Assembly: GCF_964355755.1 (NCBI RefSeq)
Contig: NC_092677.1
Location: 10,748,101-10,812,100, forward strand
Direction of reading: 5' to 3'
DNA from: Antedon mediterranea
Lineage: Eukaryota > Animalia > Echinodermata
DNA: 64,000 nucleotides
The notes below the pieces were generated by a model. It was not told the DNA's origin and did no database searches. It saw only the letters and a list, made by a program, of their open reading frames with translations. The position numbers were made by a program, and so were the translations under genes. Below, piece after piece: positions 61,501-64,000 of the stretch (its first letter is position 1; the number at the start of each line of letters is the position of its first letter).

Positions 61501-62499
61501 CCAATACTCTCTTTGAATCGTTGTGAACACGTTTCATATCCGTCCTTTGTTTCATGGGCCATATAAACTGTAATAAAAATAATAATTAATATTCATCATC
61601 ATTTATAATCTTAAAATAAAATATCTGATCATTTATAATTTTCATCGTGAGTGATCACAACAGATAAGATCGAACTGACCATCGGGTTAGTGACATACGT
61701 TTTGCTACATGGTTTGGCGCACTGAATCTATAACTTTCATGTTTGTTTCCCCTCTAGCATAGCCTTGATATTATTTAACAATAAATAGTCCTACATTCCC
61801 CATCGCTTATAATGCCAGAATGGTGAAAGGAACCCGTATTTACAGTATAATTATATCGTACAGTACATTTTGTTGTTGCCTAAGATGTTATAATATATAG
61901 GCCTACATATTATAATACAGGTAAACCTACTTAAAGCTTGGTTCCCACTAGGACGTAACGCAAGGACGTAAGCGAGATGACCAATGACAAGCGACAGTTC
62001 GATGATCCAACGCGTTGTGATTGGTCAAATCACTTGCGTTGCGCTTACGTTCTTGCGTTGCGTCCTAGTAGGAACCAAGCTTTAGGAATAGGCTACTTTT
62101 ATATGTATGTCCTGAACATTTTAACTGGTGTTTCGGGTGATTGTGATCCTAAACAGACCATTAGGCCTACTTCACACAAGCAATTCTAAAAAACGGACAA
62201 CTGTAGCCAACATTATTATGTTGTTTTATTGAAAGCCTGGTTTCAGAATACAATTAAAGACGACCGATTGTTGGAATATGGTTTAGAAAGTGTCTAGTTT
62301 AGAGACTTTGGTTTGGGAAAGTTGTTGCTCTTTATACACATTGATTGTATTAATCAAACTCAATCAATAATCAATACATTCTCGATAATTGAGCATAAAT
62401 CAATCAATCAAAAAACATACCTCTATCGTAACTACAATATACAACTATGGATTCCAATAACACCAGTAAAATACATCGAGAAAATGTAATTTCAAACAT
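58553..62499 (-). CDS. Single-pass CUB-LDLa-TM membrane protein (architecture of LDLRAD2/MIG-13/Culd-type proteins)
   Basis: Exons 62499-62421 (MFEITFSRCILLVLLESIVVYC signal peptide), 61567-61157 (CUB: YEKQLNCTVNI...DCNFVKLLVYDG...ICN...LSVRF...FQAVYT), 60186-60079 (LDLa: CSEGICIPEELACDGLGNCADSSDENDC) and 59067-58553 (TM, S/T-rich tail, PPSY). All junctions are phase 1 GT-AG. Confidence 0.88.
59888..60035. mobile_element. Palindromic MITE-like element
   Basis: Ends ATTTTCCACTAGG / CCTGGTGGAAAAT with an internal inverted repeat AGCTTATACGCATGCGTAT / ATACGCATGCGTATAAGCT. Confidence 0.6.
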
Positions 62500-64000
62500 A
62501 TTTTCTTCGTATTCTGGAGCGGGATGAGAAGGTTATCGCCATTGATTGGTATTGTATAGCTGTTATTGACAATAGTTAACAACACCTTAAATGCTTCAGT
62601 GGTTTGCTATAGTCTGTGACGATTGTTTTTACAGAAGCTTTTCAGTGGCACTTACCCATGGTAGATTCTATTGACTGAGCTTATTCTTGCATACAACGTT
62701 CATGAATACAATGTGATTCATGGTACAACTTTTGATTTCAACTACCAGACGTGAGATCAACTTTAGTTACACAGTTCAATATCATTGCATTATAAAGCAA
62801 AATTATTAAACGAAGAACCATGTATAAAAACACAGGAAGGCCTATTCAAAATATGTGTTTGGTTCACTTATTTGTTATACCTCCCAGCTCTGGGGATACG
62901 CTTTTGATTATAACGAATACCAAATATAAGAAGACAATACATAAGGCCTATATAGAAACAAAGACTTCATTTTCAAATAAGTATTGTGTATACGTACCGC
63001 TTTATTTACTATAATAATTACATCATTGTTTCATAGATTTCTTTCTATATAACAAACATCGTGATATATTTAACACATAGCACAATCTTATTTTTCATTA
63101 ATAAAAGTAGGTGTCGTGCACCTTTTTTTGATTAAACCTAGACAAACAAATATAAGAAAAGGTATGGACGGGCGCACGCACTCAAAAATAGATTATAGTC
63201 GCATCTTCCCTCATTTAATGACGACTTAATAATTAGAAATACATATTTAGTATCCTAGTGTCATATGATGGACGGGAACATTGCAAACAATGAATGCATG
63301 TCAATTATACACAATTATATATTTATTTAGTTATATTCCGTGGTATGCGAACCTCGTATATAATTAATAGCTTTCAATTTGCGATGATTGTAACATTGAA
63401 GAATTATTTCCTCCATGATCGTAACCTAGTTCGTCATGTTAATACTGTATATTAAATATATTCGGGGCACGCGGTAGGCGCGTCTTTCTGCGTATTTACA
63501 ATCCCCGGCGTCGTCACCACTGGTCCTAGAAGGTAGTATTCGAAAACTAAAAAAAAAAGTGTTATAACTAAGATGAAATAAGAAGCGAGATGTAGGCCTA
63601 TACACTGATAGTGATAAGGCTAAAAAACACATTTTTCTAAAAGCAAATGTATCTAAATATAAAATGAAATAATAACTTAATTCGTAGGTACAGTACAAGA
63701 TACTCCCCTGCTTCAACCATCTTCTATTACTCTTATTAACTACTGTATAATCATAGAGATTATAGTTCACTATCTCTATCTATAATGCATTCTCATTTGT
63801 TGTTTATAATTCAGCATCGTTTAATACCGTAGTATTAGTAGTATTTCTAATTTTATCAGGAAAAAATCTGAACATTCCCATGCTGATGCTTAAATATATT
63901 GTAAATGGTTGATTTAATTATTAATAATGGTTGAGTTTATAGCAATAAGATAATTATTATTTACAAGTCATTTGTCAAAAAGGAGCATATATCCTTAGAA

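Noticed and set aside
62640-62670. Possible upstream ATG-G|GTAAGT exon for the CUB-LDLa gene
   Set aside because: A strong donor is visible, but the downstream exon already supplies ATG and a signal peptide. Cannot be resolved without transcripts.

Overview
AT-rich, intron-dense eukaryotic (invertebrate; repeat content suggests an echinoderm or similar, unproven) DNA, not prokaryotic. It holds two tandem + strand paralogous adhesion GPCR genes with unusually long multi-LamG/pentraxin ectodomains, GAIN/GPS and 7TM. Gene 1 spans <1-24070. Gene 2 spans ~26555-57896 and adds EGF, C-type lectin and mucin modules. A convergent - strand CUB-LDLa-TM gene (58553-62499) has a PPSY/UIM-like tail. The introns carry a rich mobilome: a complete but decayed Kolobok transposon (THAP-DDE transposase plus a KolX/P2X7-ballast-like ORF, TTAA TSD), a non-autonomous Helitron, a 3.8-kb TIR element, three minimal hammerhead-ribozyme motifs of Penelope-like type, a repeated (TA)n-embedded cassette carrying an intact tRNA-like cloverleaf with an AUC anticodon, MITEs, SINE/LINE remnants and several minisatellites. 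Most long ORFs in the track are repeat artefacts. Exon boundaries were read by eye and are approximate.
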